A stretch of 64,000 nt of DNA from the human T2T-CHM13v2.0 reference genome, Homo sapiens (GCF_009914755.1 NC_060928.1), one strand, 5' to 3'. Counted from the stretch's first letter, positions 1-15,650 are shown. Numbers and translations are program-made. The notes: a model not told the origin generated them from the sequence alone.

Positions 1-1198
1 ACACCAATTCTTTGTGGCAGGAATTATGTGCAGTCATACATCAGAGATATCATGGGTTTAGTTTTAGACCACTGCAATAAAGCAAATATCAAAAAAGCAA
101 ATATAATAATAAAGTGAGTCACACAAATTTTTCTGTTTCCCACTGCATATAAAAATTATGTCTACACTATACTGTATGTCTACAATATACTGTAGTATAT
201 TAAGTATGCAATAGCATTATGTCAAAACATAATTAACATTTAAAAATAATTTATTGATAAAAATGCTGACTATCATCTGAGCATTCATTGAGTCGTTAAT
301 ATTTTTGCTACTGCAGGATCTTGCCTCACTGTTTATGGCTGCTGATTGAACAGAGTAGTGGTTGCTGATGGTTAGGGTGGCTGTGGGAATTTCTTAGCAC
401 AAGAAAACAATGAAGTTTGCCACATCAGTTGACACTATCTTGCCCATATCTTTTCTCTGTAGTATGCAATGCTGCTTGAAAGCATTTTACCCACAGTAGA
501 ATTTCTTTCAAAATTGGAGTTTATTCTCTCACTGTGCAGCTGCTTTATCAACTAAGTTTATGAAATATTCTAAATCCTTTGTTGTCATTTCAACAATGTT
601 TGCAGCATCTTCACTAGGAATTGTCTCTATCTCAAGAAACCACTTTTTTTTTCCTCATTCGTAAGAAGCTACTTCTTATCTATTCAAGTTTTATAGTAAG
701 ATTGCAGAACTCCAGGCATATCTTAAGTCTCCAATTCTAATTCTAGTTCTCTTGCTATTTACACCAAATCTGTAGCTACTTCCTTCACCGAATTCTTGAA
801 TCTCTCAAAGTCATTCATCAGGGTTGAAATCAACTTCTTTCACAGCCCTGTTGATCTGTGTACTTTGACCTCCTCCCATGAAACACACGTTTTTATTGGT
901 ATCTAGAGTGGAGAATCCTTTCCTGAAGGTTTTCAACATATCTGCCCAAATCCATCAGAGGAACCACTACTTATGGCAGGTATCACCTTATGAAATGTAT
1001 TTTTGAATAATAAGACTTGAAAGTTTGTATTACTATTTGATTCATGGGCTGAAGTATGGATATTGTGTTAGCAGGCATGAAAGCAACATTAATCTCCTTG
1101 TACATGTCCATCAGAGCTCTTGGATGACCAGATCCACTGCAAATGAGTACTAATATTTTTAAAGGAATCTTGTTTTATGAGCACCAGATCTCAGCAGT

Positions 1199-1393
1199 TC
1201 ACTTAACATATTCAGTAAACCATGCTATAAACAAATGTACATTCATCCAGGCTTTGTTGTTCCATTTATAGAGCACAGGCAGAATAGATTTAGCATAATT
1301 CTTAAGGCCCCTAGGATGTTCAGAATGGTAAATGAGCATTGGCTTCCTCTTAAAGTGACCTGCTGCATTAGTCTCTAACAAGAGAGTCAGCAT
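1199..1393 (-). pseudogene. Tigger1 transposase (pogo/CENP-B-like DDE) fragment
   Basis: The translation [42 protein letters not shown] is typical of Tigger1 transposase; stops and frameshifts flank it. Confidence 0.85.
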
Positions 1394-1989
1394 ATCCTTT
1401 GAAGCTTCGAAGGCAGCAATTACTTCCCTCCACCTATGAAAGTCCTACATGGCATCTTCTTCCAATAGGAAGATGTTTTGTCTGCATGGAAAATCTCTTG
1501 TTTAGTGTAGCCTCCTTCTTTAAATGATCTTAACCTGATCTTCTGCATAACTTGCCGCAGCTTCTACATTAGCTCTTGCTGCTTCATCTTGTAGTTTTTC
1601 ATATGAAGAAGGCTTCTATCTTAATGCTTATGAACCAGCCTCTACTGGTTTCCAACTTTTCTTCTGCAGTTTCTTCACTTCTCTCAGCCTTCAGAGAATT
1701 GAAGAGAGGTCCTTGTTCTGCTTTAGACTTTGGCTTAAGAGAATGTGTGGCTGGTTTTATTTTCTATCCAGACCACCCAAACTTTCTTCATATCAGGAAG
1801 AAGCTTTTTTGCTTTCTTATTATTGATGTTTTCACTTGAGTAGTACTTTTAATTTCTTTCTAGAACAGTTTTGTTGCACAACTCAGGTGTTTGGTGCAAG
1901 AGGCTTACCTTTCAGCCTATCTCAACTTTTGAAGTTCCTCTCTCAGTAAGCCTAAACATTTGTAACATTTCATTGAAAGTGAGAGACAT

Positions 1990-2477
<488 letters not shown>

Positions 2478-2875
2478 CTATTAAGTTTACTGTCTTATGT
2501 GGGCATAGTTCATGGCTGACCAAAGCAATGATAATAAACATCAAAAATAACTAATCACAGATTAACATAATAATGAAAACATTTATGAAATAATCAAATA
2601 TTGTGAGAATTACCAAAACGTGACGCAGAGACATGAAGTGAACACAAGCTGTTGGAAAAATGGCATCGATAGATTTGCTCAATGAAGGATTGTCATAAAC
2701 CTTCAATTTGTAGAAAATCAATTTCTGCAAAGAGCAGTAAAGTTTAACACAATAAATCTAGGTATGCCTATATTCATTTTTTTCCAAAAAGAAATTAAGA
2801 GTTAGGTAACTTTTCTAAAGTCATTGTATGAAAGAATGAAGATAGAGTTAAGAGAAAAACAATTCTGATTCTAGG

Positions 2876-3620
2876 GAAATGCAAATCAAACCACAATGAG
2901 ATAACACCTCATACCAGTCAGAATGGGGATTATTAAAAAGTCAAGAAACAACAGATGCTGGCAAGGCTGTGGAGAAACAGGAATGCTTTTACACCGTTGG
3001 TGGGAATGTAAATTAGTTCAACCATTGTGGAAGACAGTGTGGCAATTCCTCAAAGACCTAGAACCAGAAATACCATTAGACCCAGCAATCCCATTACTGA
3101 TTATACCCAAAGGAATATAAAACATTCTATTATAAAGAAACATGCACATGTATGTTCATTGCAGCACTATTCACAGGAGCAAAGAGAATCAACCCAAATG
3201 CCCATCAATGATAGATTGGATAAAGAAAATGTGGTACATACACACCATGGAATACTGTGCAGCCATAAAAAGGAAACAAGATCATGTCCTTTGCAGGGAC
3301 ATGGATGGAGCTGGAAGCCATTATTTTCAGCAAACTAACACAGGAACAGAAAACCAAGCACCACATGTTCTCATTTAAAAGTGGAAGCTGAACAATGAGA
3401 ATACATTGACACACAGAGGGGAACAACACACACTGGGGCCTGTTGGGCTGGTGGGGAGGGAGAGCATCAGGATAAATAGCTAATGCATGAGAGTCTTAAT
3501 ATCTAGGTGATGGGTTGATAGGTGCAGCGTACCACCATGGGACACACTTGCCTATGTAACAAAGCTGCACATCCTGCAAATTTATCCTGGAACTTAACAT
3601 TAGATTAAATTAAAAATAAA
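2876..3620 (+). mobile_element. L1PA (about PA8-PA10), 5'-truncated: ORF2 C-terminus plus 3'UTR
   Basis: Peptide [36 protein letters not shown] is L1 ORF2 C-terminal; L1PA 3'UTR and an A-rich end follow. Confidence 0.92.
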
Positions 3621-3654
3621 GTTGATTCTAAGCATTCTGTAACCATATCAGATA

Positions 3655-3905
3655 TATGGTTGTGGTTGATAGCTCGAATGTCAGAGATGGAGAACTGCCT
3701 GGGTTTGAAGAATGGCGTTCAAACTCCCAGCAATTCGACTTTGGTCTAGTTAATTAACTGCTTTGCATTTCTATCCATGCAAAGTGCAAATAATAATATT
3801 TATATAGGACAGTTATGAGAATTAAACATGTTAATGCATTTAAAATACTTAAGCTTATGACTGGCATGTTATTAATGCACACAAAATGTTAAAATGTTAG
3901 TTATA
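3655..3905 (+). mobile_element. MIR SINE
   Basis: Degenerate MIR core (ctgcctgggtttgaa...gttatgagaattaaa...ctggcat). Confidence 0.65.
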
Positions 3906-4385
3906 TTTATTCATAAAATTTATTATAAATCTCTGCTGTCTGGAACTGACATTCTATTAGCGGGGACAGACGCTGAACTAACAACCATGTAAATTTTTAT
4001 GTAATTACCAATTTTGGTAAGTACTACATAGAAAAGAAAAAAGTAATATAAATTATAAAAGTGATTAGGTAGTTCAAGATATTCAAGTATTTCTTTTTCT
4101 GTTCCTTGCTGTGGGTGTTAAAATCTTTTTATATTTGTTTTCTTAAATTTTCATACAATAATTCATTTTTATATATGTATATGGTGTTTCCACATAGCAA
4201 TACATAAGGGAAAAAAGTTGATTAGGATAAAAATATCCTGACTCTCAACTGAAAAGTAGGTAAAAGTTACATTCAGTAATACAAAAAAAAAAAATCAGCT
4301 TATACAACTATTTCATGAGGTCTTATTTCTAATGGAAATTTAGTATCATCACTTCAAAGTATTTTTAGAAATACGGTATAAATCA

Positions 4386-4822
4386 TATATGAATTAGGGT
4401 TCTCTTAGAGGGACAGAACTAATAGGATAGATGTATATATAAAGGGGAGTTTATTAAGTATTAAATTACACAATCACAAGGTCCCACAACAGGCCGTCTG
4501 CAAGCTGAGGAGAAAGGAGAGCCAGTCTGAGTCCCAAAACTGAAGAACTTGGAGTCCAATGTTCAAGGGCAGGAAGTATCCAGCATGGAAGAGAGATGTA
4601 GGTTGGGAGGCTAGGCCCATCTCTCCTCTTCACATTTTTCTTCCTGTTTTGTATTTGTTGGTGGCTGTTTAGATGGTGCACACCTGATTAAGGGTGGGTC
4701 CACATTCCCCAGCCCACTGACTCAAATGTTAATGTCCTTTGGCAACACCCTTACAGACACACCAAGGATCAACATTGCATTCTCCAATCCAATCAAGTTG
4801 ACACTCCATATTAACCATCACA
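4386..4822 (-). mobile_element. MLT2A1-type ERVL solo LTR
   Basis: agggttctcttagagggacagaactaatagga...caatccaatcaagttgacactccatattaaccatcaca matches the reverse complement of MLT2A1. Confidence 0.85.
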
Positions 4823-5102
4823 ATACAATTAATAAAACTAATACATAACTTTAAAATTATAAAATCTCATTTATCCCTTAAATTTTAGGCCTTTAGTTTT
4901 TGAAGCACTCAAAAGTCAAAGTTAAAAAAGTTACTATCATTATAATGTTACAGTCAAATGCCCAGTAATGTACATTAATGATTTCATTTTAGAAAACATG
5001 TGCACAGTTCTTACTGGCCTAGAACAGAAAATGAGGACATTGTGTGCAAATCAATGGGGACATTGTGTCTCTGGAAGTGACTAGAGTTTTGGGTATTTTT
5101 CC

Positions 5103-6988
5103 TTTTTTTAAAAAAATGTCAACTTTTATTATAGATTAAGAGATATACATGCAAGTTTGTTACATGGGTAAATTGTATGACACTGAGGCTTAAGGTCCCA
5201 ACAATCCTGTCACCCAGGATGTAAGCATAGTAACCAACAGGTGGCTCTTCAGCCCATGAACCCCTTCTTTTCCGCTCCATCTAGTGATGCCCAGTGTTTG
5301 TTATTCCCAACCTTACAATTAGGCATTTTCAATGTTTAGCTCCTACTTATAAGTAAGAACATGTGGTATTTGGTTTTCTGTTCTTAAGTTAGTTTGCTGA
5401 GGATAATGGCCCTCAGCTACATCCATGTTGCTGCAAAGGGCATGATTTTGTTCTTTCTTACGGCTGCATGTATTAATCCGTTCTCACACTGCTATAAAGA
5501 TACTATCTGAAACTGGGTAATTTATATATAAAAAAGGAGGTTTAATTGGCTCACAGTTCTGCATGGTTGGGGAGGCCACCAGAAACTTGCAATTATAGTG
5601 GAAAGCGAAGGGGAAGCAAGGCACCTCTTACATGGTGGCAGGAGATAGAGAGAGAGAGTGCGTGTCAGATACTGCCACTCTTAAACCATCATATCTCATG
5701 AGAACTCTCTATCACGAGAACAGCATGGGGGAAACTGCCCCCATAATCCGAACACCTCCCACCAGGTCCCTTCCTCAACACCTGGGGATTACAGTTCAAG
5801 GTGATATTTGGATGGGGAGACAGAGCCAAATAATATCACTACATAATATTCCATGATGTATATGTACCACATTTTCTTTATCCAGTCCACTGTTGATGGG
5901 CGCATAGGTTGATTCCATGTCCTTGCTATTGTGAATAGTGCTGCAGTGAACATATAGGTGCGTAGGTCTTTTTGATAGAATGAATTATTTTTCTCTGGGT
6001 ATATACCTAGTAGTGGGATTGCTGTGTCACATGGTAGTTATTTTTTAAGTTCTTTGGGAAATCTCCAAACTGCTTTTCACAGTGGTTGAATTAGTTTGCA
6101 TTCCCACCAAAAGTTTATAAGCATTGTATTTTCTCCCCAGCCTCGCCAACATCTGTTATTTTTTACTTTCTAATAATTGCTATTGTGACTGGTGTGAGAT
6201 GGTATCTCCTTGTGGTTTTGATTTGCATTTCTCTGATGATAAGTGATACTAAGCATATTTTCATATGTTTATTGGTTGCTTGTATGTTTTCTTTTGAGAA
6301 GTGTTTGTTCAGGTACTTTTCCCATTTTTAAATTGGATTATGTGGTTTTTTGCTTGTTGATTTGTTTAAGTTCCTTACAGATTCTGGGTGTTAGATCTTT
6401 GTCAGCTGAATAACTTACAATTATTCTTTCCCATTCTGTAGGTTGTCTGTTTACTTTGTTGGTAATTTCTTTTTCTGTGCAGAAGCTCTTTTGTTTAGTT
6501 GGATCCTACTTGTCAATTTTTGTGTTTGTTGAAGTTGCATTTGGGCTTAGCCATAAATTCCTTGCCAAAGTCTACGTAGAAAAGGATATTTCCTAGGTTT
6601 TCTTTTAGGATTGTCATAGTTTCAAGTCTTACATTTGAATCTTTAATCCATCTTGAATTAATTTTCATATATGGTGAGAGGTAGGGTTCTAGTTTCATAG
6701 ACCTCATTCAATGGCTGCATATGGCTAGCCATTTATCCCAGAACCATTTATTGAATAGGGAATCCTTCCCCCATTGCTTATTTTTATTGATTTTGTTAAA
6801 GATCAGATGGTTTTAGGTATGTGGGTTTATTTCTAGATTCTCTATTCTGTTCCACTGGTCGATGTGTCTGTTTTTATACCATACCATGCTGTTATGGTTA
6901 ATGTAGCCTTACATTACAGTTTGAATTTAGGCAATGTGATGCCTTTGGCTTTGTGCTTTTTTTGCTTACAATTATATTGCCTATTCAA

Positions 6989-7032
<44 letters not shown>

Positions 7033-7766
7033 GTTTTAAATGAACTTTAGAATAGATTTTTCTAATTCTGTGAAAATGACCTTGGTATTTTGATAGGGAG
7101 AGTGTTTAGTCTATAAATTGCTTTGGGCAGTATGGCCATTTTAACTATACTGATTCTTCCAATCCATAAGCATGGAATATTTATTATTATTTTTTTTTGT
7201 CCCTGATTTCTTTCAACAGTATTTTGTAGTTCTCTTTGTAGACATTTTTCACCTCCTTGGTTAGATAAACTCCTAGGTATTTCATTTTGTTTGTGACTAT
7301 GATAAATGGGATTGTGTTCTTGATTTGGTTCTCAGCTAGAACATTATTGGTGTGCAAAAATGCTACTTTTCTTTTAACTGATTTTGTATTATGAAACGTT
7401 ACTGTATTTGTTTATCAAGAATGTTTAGGTGGAGTCTTTGGGGTTTTGTAGATATAGAATCATATCATTGAAAAAGACAGATTGACTTCTTCTTTTCCTA
7501 TTTTAATGCTTTTTATTTTATTTTCTCTCTTGCCTGATTGCTCCTGCTAGGACTTCCAGTGCTATGTTAAATAGGAGTGGTGAGAGTGAGCGTACTTGTC
7601 TTGTTCCAGTTCTCAAGGGGAATGCCTGAGGTTTCTCCCATTCTGTATGATTTGGCTGTGGGTTTCTCATATATGGCTCTTATTATTTTGAATTATGTTC
7701 CTTCGATGCCTAGTTGGTCGAGGGTTTTTAACATGAAGGGATGTTGGATGTTATTGAAAGCTTTTC
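5103..7766 (-). mobile_element. L1 (L1PA15/16-like) 3'UTR plus ORF2 3' part, 5'-truncated, interrupted by a MaLR LTR
   Basis: T-tail and 3'UTR start near 5103; ORF2 peptide KLEPYLSPYMKINSRWIKD at 6513-6707. Confidence 0.9.
5469..5838 (-). mobile_element. THE1D/MSTA-type MaLR solo LTR nested in the L1 3'UTR
   Basis: TG...CA termini (tgtattaatccgttctcac...agccaaataatatca); 5-bp TSD ctgca/ctaca. Confidence 0.9.
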
Positions 7767-9261
7767 ACGTGTATTTTGGCTGTAATACCAAAAATAAGAA
7801 GTGTGTCATAACAACAGAGGCATGAAGAGACAGCCTTCTTTTCCCTTATTTCCCTCATTACAGAGTTACCATTTTAGGTCCATTAAATGTATTTTCCTAC
7901 TCTATAAGGTGTCCAGTTCAAAAAAATCACACAAGGGCCTAGAGACCTGAAGATGAACTCTAGAGAATGGTATAATATGTTTTGTGTGGATAGAGTATTT
8001 CATTTTTAAGTATTTATTACTTTCTGATAGATTATGTCACTCAATCATGGTGTCTAATATATAGTATTACTTTTATAGGTAAATTTATAAGTCACCATTT
8101 CAGACATATATTTCTCAAAATTAGGACTATAGAACATTCAGGAACTTGGATTTGTAAAGGGATCGGCTGCTGGTATGACCGAACATACAATAATAAGTAA
8201 ACTAATGTTAAAAATAAATTTTAAATACACATAATAAAATATTCTATACCTTCCTGGGTTATAAAATAAATATAGTTGATCCAATAATTTTTAAGTGAAT
8301 ATGAAATTCCCTTCTACATATTTAGTTTCAACATCCCTGCAGAAATTCTGGGAGAGAGGAAAGAGAGTTACAATGTACTTAGAGTTTGTTCAACAGGGTG
8401 TGGCCTGGGACAGACTGTGCTGGTCTTTTTCTTGTGGAACCTTTGCTGTATCACCTTTCCCTAGGATATTGCACTGGCTTTTCTCTGTCATCTACACTTC
8501 TAATAAAGAGAGAAGGATGAGGCTATAATAAAAGTTCTCCCTTGGAGTAGTCTCTCTAGTTTGTGAGACTTCTCAGATTTAATGAATAAGAAAATATAAA
8601 TGCTATATTGAAGTTTGATGTATCTCTTCAGCCTATTTCAAGGCTATGCTACTTGTTAGCATATCCTTCACATGCCATTAAACTTTTTGGGTTTCGGAGG
8701 ACACCCAACATGACTTTCCGGGAAGCATCTTCTATCTGTCCTTGAACACGCTTCAACTTCTTTGTGTAGTGGGGCAAACTGAACTTCTATATGGGCACAT
8801 GTTTTCATTAGGCTTCTTCCCATGACAGAGATGTTTCGTGTTACACTACATTTGTTGACTGTTAAAGTAAGGCAGTACATTTAACTATCAACACAGATAG
8901 CTATTCTTGCTAAGAACTATATTTTGAACTCAGTGTCTGAGAATATGTACAAAAAACTTAGTTGAGAGATACAATTCATATATCCATGAACATTTATTGC
9001 ACACGTATTTTGTATGCAGTGAATCCTCCAGATACCATTCTGTGCATTGGCAAGATAAGATTGAACAATTTGGACAGGATCTCTGGCTTCACAGAGCTAA
9101 CATTCTACTAGAGATACAGTTTTCATACAGAAGCAACATGCATGGTGGGCTAAGAGCTTGAATTCTGAAGTTGTACCTGAATTTAAATCCTACTTCAAGC
9201 ACATTTTAGATGTGTGATCTTGAGCCTCTCTTACATCATTTGTAAAGTGCACATAGCAATA

Positions 9262-9620
9262 CAGATTAATAATCCTTTATCTGAAACTCTTGGGGGCAGA
9301 TATTTTTCAGAATTCAGAAAAAATTGTATATTTAGAAAGGTAATGTGGTACATATCGGTGTAATATTTAACAACCTAAGTAGGTCTGCAAAAGCATTTTT
9401 TTTTTTTTTTTTTTTTGCAAAGAAACACATGAATAGTCACTCTCAGTGGAATAAGAAGAGATTATAAACAGTCTCACCTCAGTTCAGGTCAACAGTATTT
9501 GACAATAAAAGGGTTTTAATGTCAAACTTCTGAAAAAAACAAACAGCAACAATAAAAGCAGCCACTGGTTTTCATCATGTTTTTGGATTTCAGGATTATA
9601 GCTAAGTGTTTATGGATATG
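9262..9620. mobile_element. MER46C-like TcMar-Tigger non-autonomous element
   Basis: TA-flanked; cagattaataatcctttatctgaaactcttgggggcaga...ttcagaattcag resembles MER46C; the right end is a degenerate inverted repeat. Confidence 0.65.
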
Positions 9621-10149
9621 TAGCACTTGAAGAAGACAACTTATGTCTTGTCAGCACAGATTCTGGCATGTGGTGGGTTCTTACTTGTTATTAATATCAG
9701 AATTGGCCTGGCTATTTCTTTAGAAAGTAAAATAATTATTATTGACTCAACCATACCAGCAGATATTTATGTACGTGAACTGCTTTCATTTGACACCTTA
9801 CTTCTCCTCAAATTATTTTTACAGAATGGACCTTTAGAATTTTTATGTGGAAATATTATGAAACGGAGGCTTGTGAGACTGACTATATTATTTGCTTCAT
9901 ATTTACCTTAATGTTATAGATTATGTGTCTTTCTGTGCAATGACTGGTAGAAATCTTACAAAATAGAGATCAATCTCCAGCAAAATACAAGGCTTCACTG
10001 TATAAACTAAATACGTTACTTTATTCTTAACGTTCTTTCATTTCCTACAATATTTAACCACCTTTTCCTGATTTTTAATAAATTCACTTTTTAAACTTTT
10101 CACCTGTATTTTCATATGCTGTCTCAAGCCTCTCTGTATCAAGACATAA

Positions 10150-10559
<410 letters not shown>

Positions 10560-11619
10560 CACAGAGTGTATTTCTTCTTTTTCTATCTCCTTCATATTTT
10601 CAGATCCTAGACTAATCCAATAACCATCATCTATTTACTATACATTTTTATTTTCAATTTTAATTGCAATTATATATCGTGTTTTTTGTGCCTGTGTGTG
10701 TGTGTGTGTGTGGTGTGTGTGTTCAATTGGCTCTTGTGAGTTAGCCTAGAAAAGTAATCATGGTTTATACTCTGATTTCTATCAAGAAGTAAGCTACATG
10801 TTTCCATTACAGTTCCATATTGACATAAAAACTGTTTCTAAATTGGAAACCAAGCTATGTGCCAACTTATTTATTGCATATTTTTAAAGAATATTTGTGT
10901 TTCACTAGTAAGTCACTTTACTTCTTTGCAATACACATTGTAAAAATCTTTGAATATTTTTTTTTTCTGAATCACCTATTCCTAGAAGTGTGGATACAAA
11001 GGAAAGAAAAATAAGAGGACAACATTTATATTTTTCTCTAGAAAACAATGTTTTCTACAATATTGATTTGTAATTTTTATATTTTTCCCTCTTCTTTAAC
11101 CTCTAAGGTTTTCATTTATCATGTAAAATAATTTTAAAATTAGAAACAAATCATTTTATATGAGTTTAGCACATCTCATTTTTTCCTACTTTCACATTAA
11201 TTCATTACACTCAAATTTCATTCACTGAGAATTTGTAATAAAAATAACTATTCATCCCTGCCATACTACTTAGCATTTCTATTAGCCCATCCACATACCC
11301 TGTTGCACTTTACAAGGCAGAAACTCTGAATTGCTTACAGGTCACCAAGCACACCCTGGCATTTCAGACTTTTATCTGTTTACACCTGTTTTTCCTCTGC
11401 CTGTAGCAAATGTCTTCTTCTCCTTTGTTCACTAGAACACATCCTATGTGACCTCCACATCACAAATCAGAGGTCATTGCTTCCAGAAATTTTCTACTGA
11501 CAGTCCAAGGGAGCATTCCTTTGTGTTACTTCTAGTGTTCCTCTGTATTTCTCTTTACCAGATACATGTGTGCATATTTGTGTTTATTACATTGTACTGT
11601 ACTAAATTTCAGTGAGTTT

Positions 11620-11770
11620 CCTTTTTAGTATTTGTATAAATTTAAGGGCTACAAGTGCAGTTTTATTACATGGATATATTGCATAGTAGTGAAGTCTGGG
11701 CTTTCAGTGTAACCATCACCCAAATATTACCCATTAAACAATTTTTCATCCCTCATCCCCTCCCATCCTT
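11620..11770 (-). mobile_element. Short L1 (PB/MA) 3'-end fragment within L2 remnants
   Basis: tacaagtgcagttttattacatggatatattgcatagtagtgaagtctgggctttcagtgtaaccatcacc is an L1PB4/MA-type 3' end. Confidence 0.7.
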
Positions 11771-13884
11771 AGTGAGTTTCTTGATAGGAGGCATGTAGCT
11801 TTTTCATTGCTCTACCCTTACCCAGTCATAGCATTTCCTATATTTTCATTGATTGTATACAGGCTTAAAATAAATTAGGTTGAAATTAAACTATGTATGT
11901 TAGTTTTTTTTAAAAATGATCCATTTCATAGAAGGACTTAAATAGTAGGCCAATACCCATTGGTAATGTGAGTGATGAAGAAGGTGGAAGAAGAATATTA
12001 GCAGTTTAGATTTACACCTTGAGTTTGAGTGCCAGTTAACTATCCAAGTCAGTAGTAAGATTAGATTGTGGGCCACTGGAGAAAGATTACACATAAGGAG
12101 AAAATCAAAAGGAAGAAAGGTGTCCAAAGTGATAAACTTGCAGCAATACCTACATCTTAAGAAATTCCATCATTTAATGAGTTTACATATGGAAAGTGTT
12201 TGGGAAGGATTCCAAAAGGATGGGATGAGAAATGCTGCAGGAAACACGGGAGAAGTTGTAATTCTGTAAAATGAAAGGGAAAGGGAATCTCAAAAAGAAA
12301 TGACTGTTTATTGTGTTAAATATATGCATCTGGGAGACATTCTTGATGTTAGTGATAGTAATTTCACTGCTGTAATGTGAAGAAATTTTAGTATTTTGAA
12401 AGATAAATGGATTTTAAGAAAAGAGAGATGATCCCTACAAATTTTGAAGAGGAACACACTAGATTGTGCTAGAGAAGGATATGGGGTTGACAGAGGATTT
12501 TTTTAAATGTAGGAACAACTTAAAGAATATTACTTTAGATAAATAGTTTAGAATGAGGTTAACATAAAAGAACAAAAGGAAATATTGAAAATAACAAAAT
12601 GGGAATAATATATTGTTTGGTAAGTAGAAGTTGCAGCTTTGCACTGACAATGGTGATACATAATAAAGTCTTGGCATCATAAGTAAGTTTGTAGACTGGA
12701 AATGATTAGCTTGAGAATCTTGCTGCACCTTGTATCTTACTGTCTGAGACAATAGCTAGTGGGAAGCTAACAATTTATTAGAATGGTAAAAGTTAAAAGC
12801 ATCTTCTCTTACAGTGAGAAGAGAAAACATACTAGAGATATATAGAAAGATGTTCAGATAGCCGTGCATCTTCAAAAATGAGGCTGGATGCACAGAATCT
12901 GTGGGCACACAAATCTGCAAAACTTTCGTGATTGTCTCCAGTGGCCCTCAGTAGACTGGCTATGGAAACAAGGAGAATACATGGTGATATTAATGCAAGT
13001 TTGGAGTTTTCATAATTAATATTACATAAACAAAAAGAGAAGCAATAGAGTTAACATTTTTCAGATGATAGTCAAAGGGATGGAACACTAAATTGAATCT
13101 AAATTTGATTTAGGAGAGAAAGCAAAAAGGAGTCATTTATTCTGGCTGATGGTGCCATTGACAGTGATGAGCTATCCTAGTAAATGGTACAAAGGCAAAC
13201 ATATGGTTGTGGACAGTGAGCCTAGAAAGTAACACCTCCTTTTAAATACTGTGATGTTGCCAGCAGTCATTTTCATCATAAATTCTATAGAATAACATGT
13301 GGATGCTGCATGAAGGTTTTTTTATATTTAGTTTCTACTGGGACTATGTTAGTCTAACATTAAATTTATTGTTTATTATAGGGTTAGATCCATTTATACA
13401 GCAGAAGACCTCACTAAGTGGTATATTTTCCAATAAAAACTAAAACCTGAATTTAAAATCTTAGGAGCTGATTATATTGCAGTGGAAATTTGTCTCGCTT
13501 CATTATTCCATGAAAGTTTTCATTCATGTTGGTATCTAGATATACTAGACAAGATGTTACGGTAGTCAGAGCATGCTTTTCACCCTGCCTTATTATTATT
13601 ATTTTGTTTTTGAAAAAGAACAAGATAAATTGTCATCTTAAACCCATAACATTAAGTATTTCATAACTTCTTAAAAATAAAAAGCAAATTTTATCTTGTA
13701 AAATTTTCATCTAATATTTTATTTTCATGAATAATTACTGATATATCTTAACAGAAATTGTTGATAATATTAGCAATAATTCATATTCTTACCATAATTT
13801 ACCACTGACAGATTACTTTTATATGTATTATCTTCTGTAGAGATAATTACATTAAACTCTACAACAAATATAGATTTTTAAAAT

Positions 13885-14309
13885 TTTGTTTATTTTTATT
13901 ATTATTATTTTAATAGTTTTGGGAGAACAGGTGGTGTTTGGTTGCATGGAAAAGTTCTTTAGTGGTGGTTTCTGAGATTTTGGTGCACTGATTACCCAAG
14001 CAGTGTACACTGTACCTGTGTAGTCTTTTATTCCTCACCCTCCTCCCACAGTTCCTCCCAAGTACCCAAAGACCATTATATCATTCTTTAGGTTTAGCAT
14101 CCTCATACCTTAGCTCTTGCTTATAAGTGAGAACATATGATGTTTGGTTTTCCATTTCTGAGTTACTTCACTTAGAATAATGGTCTCCAGCTCCATCCAG
14201 GGTGCTGCAAATGTCACTATTTCATTCCATTTTATGGCTGAGTAGTATTCCATGGCGTGTGTATGTGTGTGTGCATGCGCATGTATGTGTGTGTGTGTGT
14301 GTGTGTGTA

Positions 14310-14351
<42 letters not shown>

Positions 14352-15650
14352 ATTTTCTTTATTCACTCATTGGTTGATGGTCATAGTCTGGTTTCATATC
14401 TTTGCAATCGTGAATTGTGCTGCTGTAAACATGCATGTGCAAGTGTCTTTTTCATATAGTGACTTCTTTTCCTCCAGGTAGATACTCAGTCGTGGGCTTG
14501 CTGGATCAAATGATAGTTCTACTTTTAGTTCTTTAAGGAATCTCCATACAGTTTTCCATGGTGGTTGTACTAGTTTACATTCCCACCAGCAGTTTAAAAG
14601 TGTTCTCTTTTCACCACATCCACGCCAATATCTGTTTATTTTTTAATTTTTACTTATGGCCATTCTTGCAGGAAAAAGTTGGTATCTCATTGCGGTTTTA
14701 ATTTACATTTTCCTGATGATTAGTGAGGAACAATTTTTTTCATATGTTTGTTGGCTATTTGTATATCTTCTTTTGAGAATCATCTGCTCATGTCATTTTC
14801 CCACTTTTTGATGGGATTATTTAGTTTTTCTTGCTGATTTGTTTGAGTTTCTTGTAGATTCTGGATATTCGTCCTTTGTCGGATGCATAGTTTGCAAATA
14901 TTTTCTCCCACTCTGTGGGTTGTCTGTTTATTCTGCTAATTATTTCTTTTGCTGTACAGAAACTTTTTAGTTGATTAGGTCCCCCGAATTTATCTTTGTT
15001 TCTGCTGCGTTGGCTTTTGGATTCTTGGTCATGAGCTCTTTGCCTAAGCCAATGTCTAGAAGAGCTTTTCTGATGTTATCTTCTAGAATTTTTAAAATTT
15101 CAGGTCTTAGATTTAAGTTTGTGATCCATATTGAGTTTATTTATGTATAAGTTGAGAAATGAGGATCCAGCTCTATTCTCCTACATGTGGTTTGTCAATT
15201 ATCCCAGCATCATTTGTTGAATAGGGTGTCCTTTTGCCACTTCATGTTTTTGTTTGCTTTGTTGAAGGTCAGTTGGCTGTAAATATTTGGCTTTATTTCT
15301 GCGTTCTCCATTCTGTTCCATTGGTCTAGGTGCCTATTTTTATACCAGTACCATGCTGTTTTGGTAACTATAGCTTGTAGTATAGTTTGACGTTGGGTAA
15401 TGTGATGCCTCTGGATTTGTTCTTTTTGCTTAGTCTTGCTTTAGCTATGCATGGTATTTTTTGGCTGCATATAAATTTTAGGATTTTTTTTCTAGTTTTC
15501 TGAGGAATTATTATTGTATTTTAATGGGAATTACATTGAATTTGTAGTTTCCTTTTGGCAATATAGTCATTTTTACAATAGTGATTCTACCCATCCATGA
15601 GCATGAGATGTTTTCATTTGTGTCGTCTATGACTTCTTTCATCAGTGTTT
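13885..15650 (-). mobile_element. L1PB (PB1-like), 5'-truncated, with internal (TG)n(TA)n at about 14257-14348
   Basis: 3' end gggagaacaggtggtgtttggttgcatggaaaagttctttagtggt, followed by antisense ORF2 sequence. Confidence 0.9.

Noticed and set aside
6695-6720. About 16-nt insert (agacctcattcaatgg) in L1 ORF2, possibly an inverted copy of nearby ccatttattgaataggg
   Set aside because: The similarity is too short and imperfect to support.
8716-8724. Perfect STAT GAS motif TTCCGGGAA
   Set aside because: A single 9-mer in 64 kb with no motif cluster is not distinguishable from chance.
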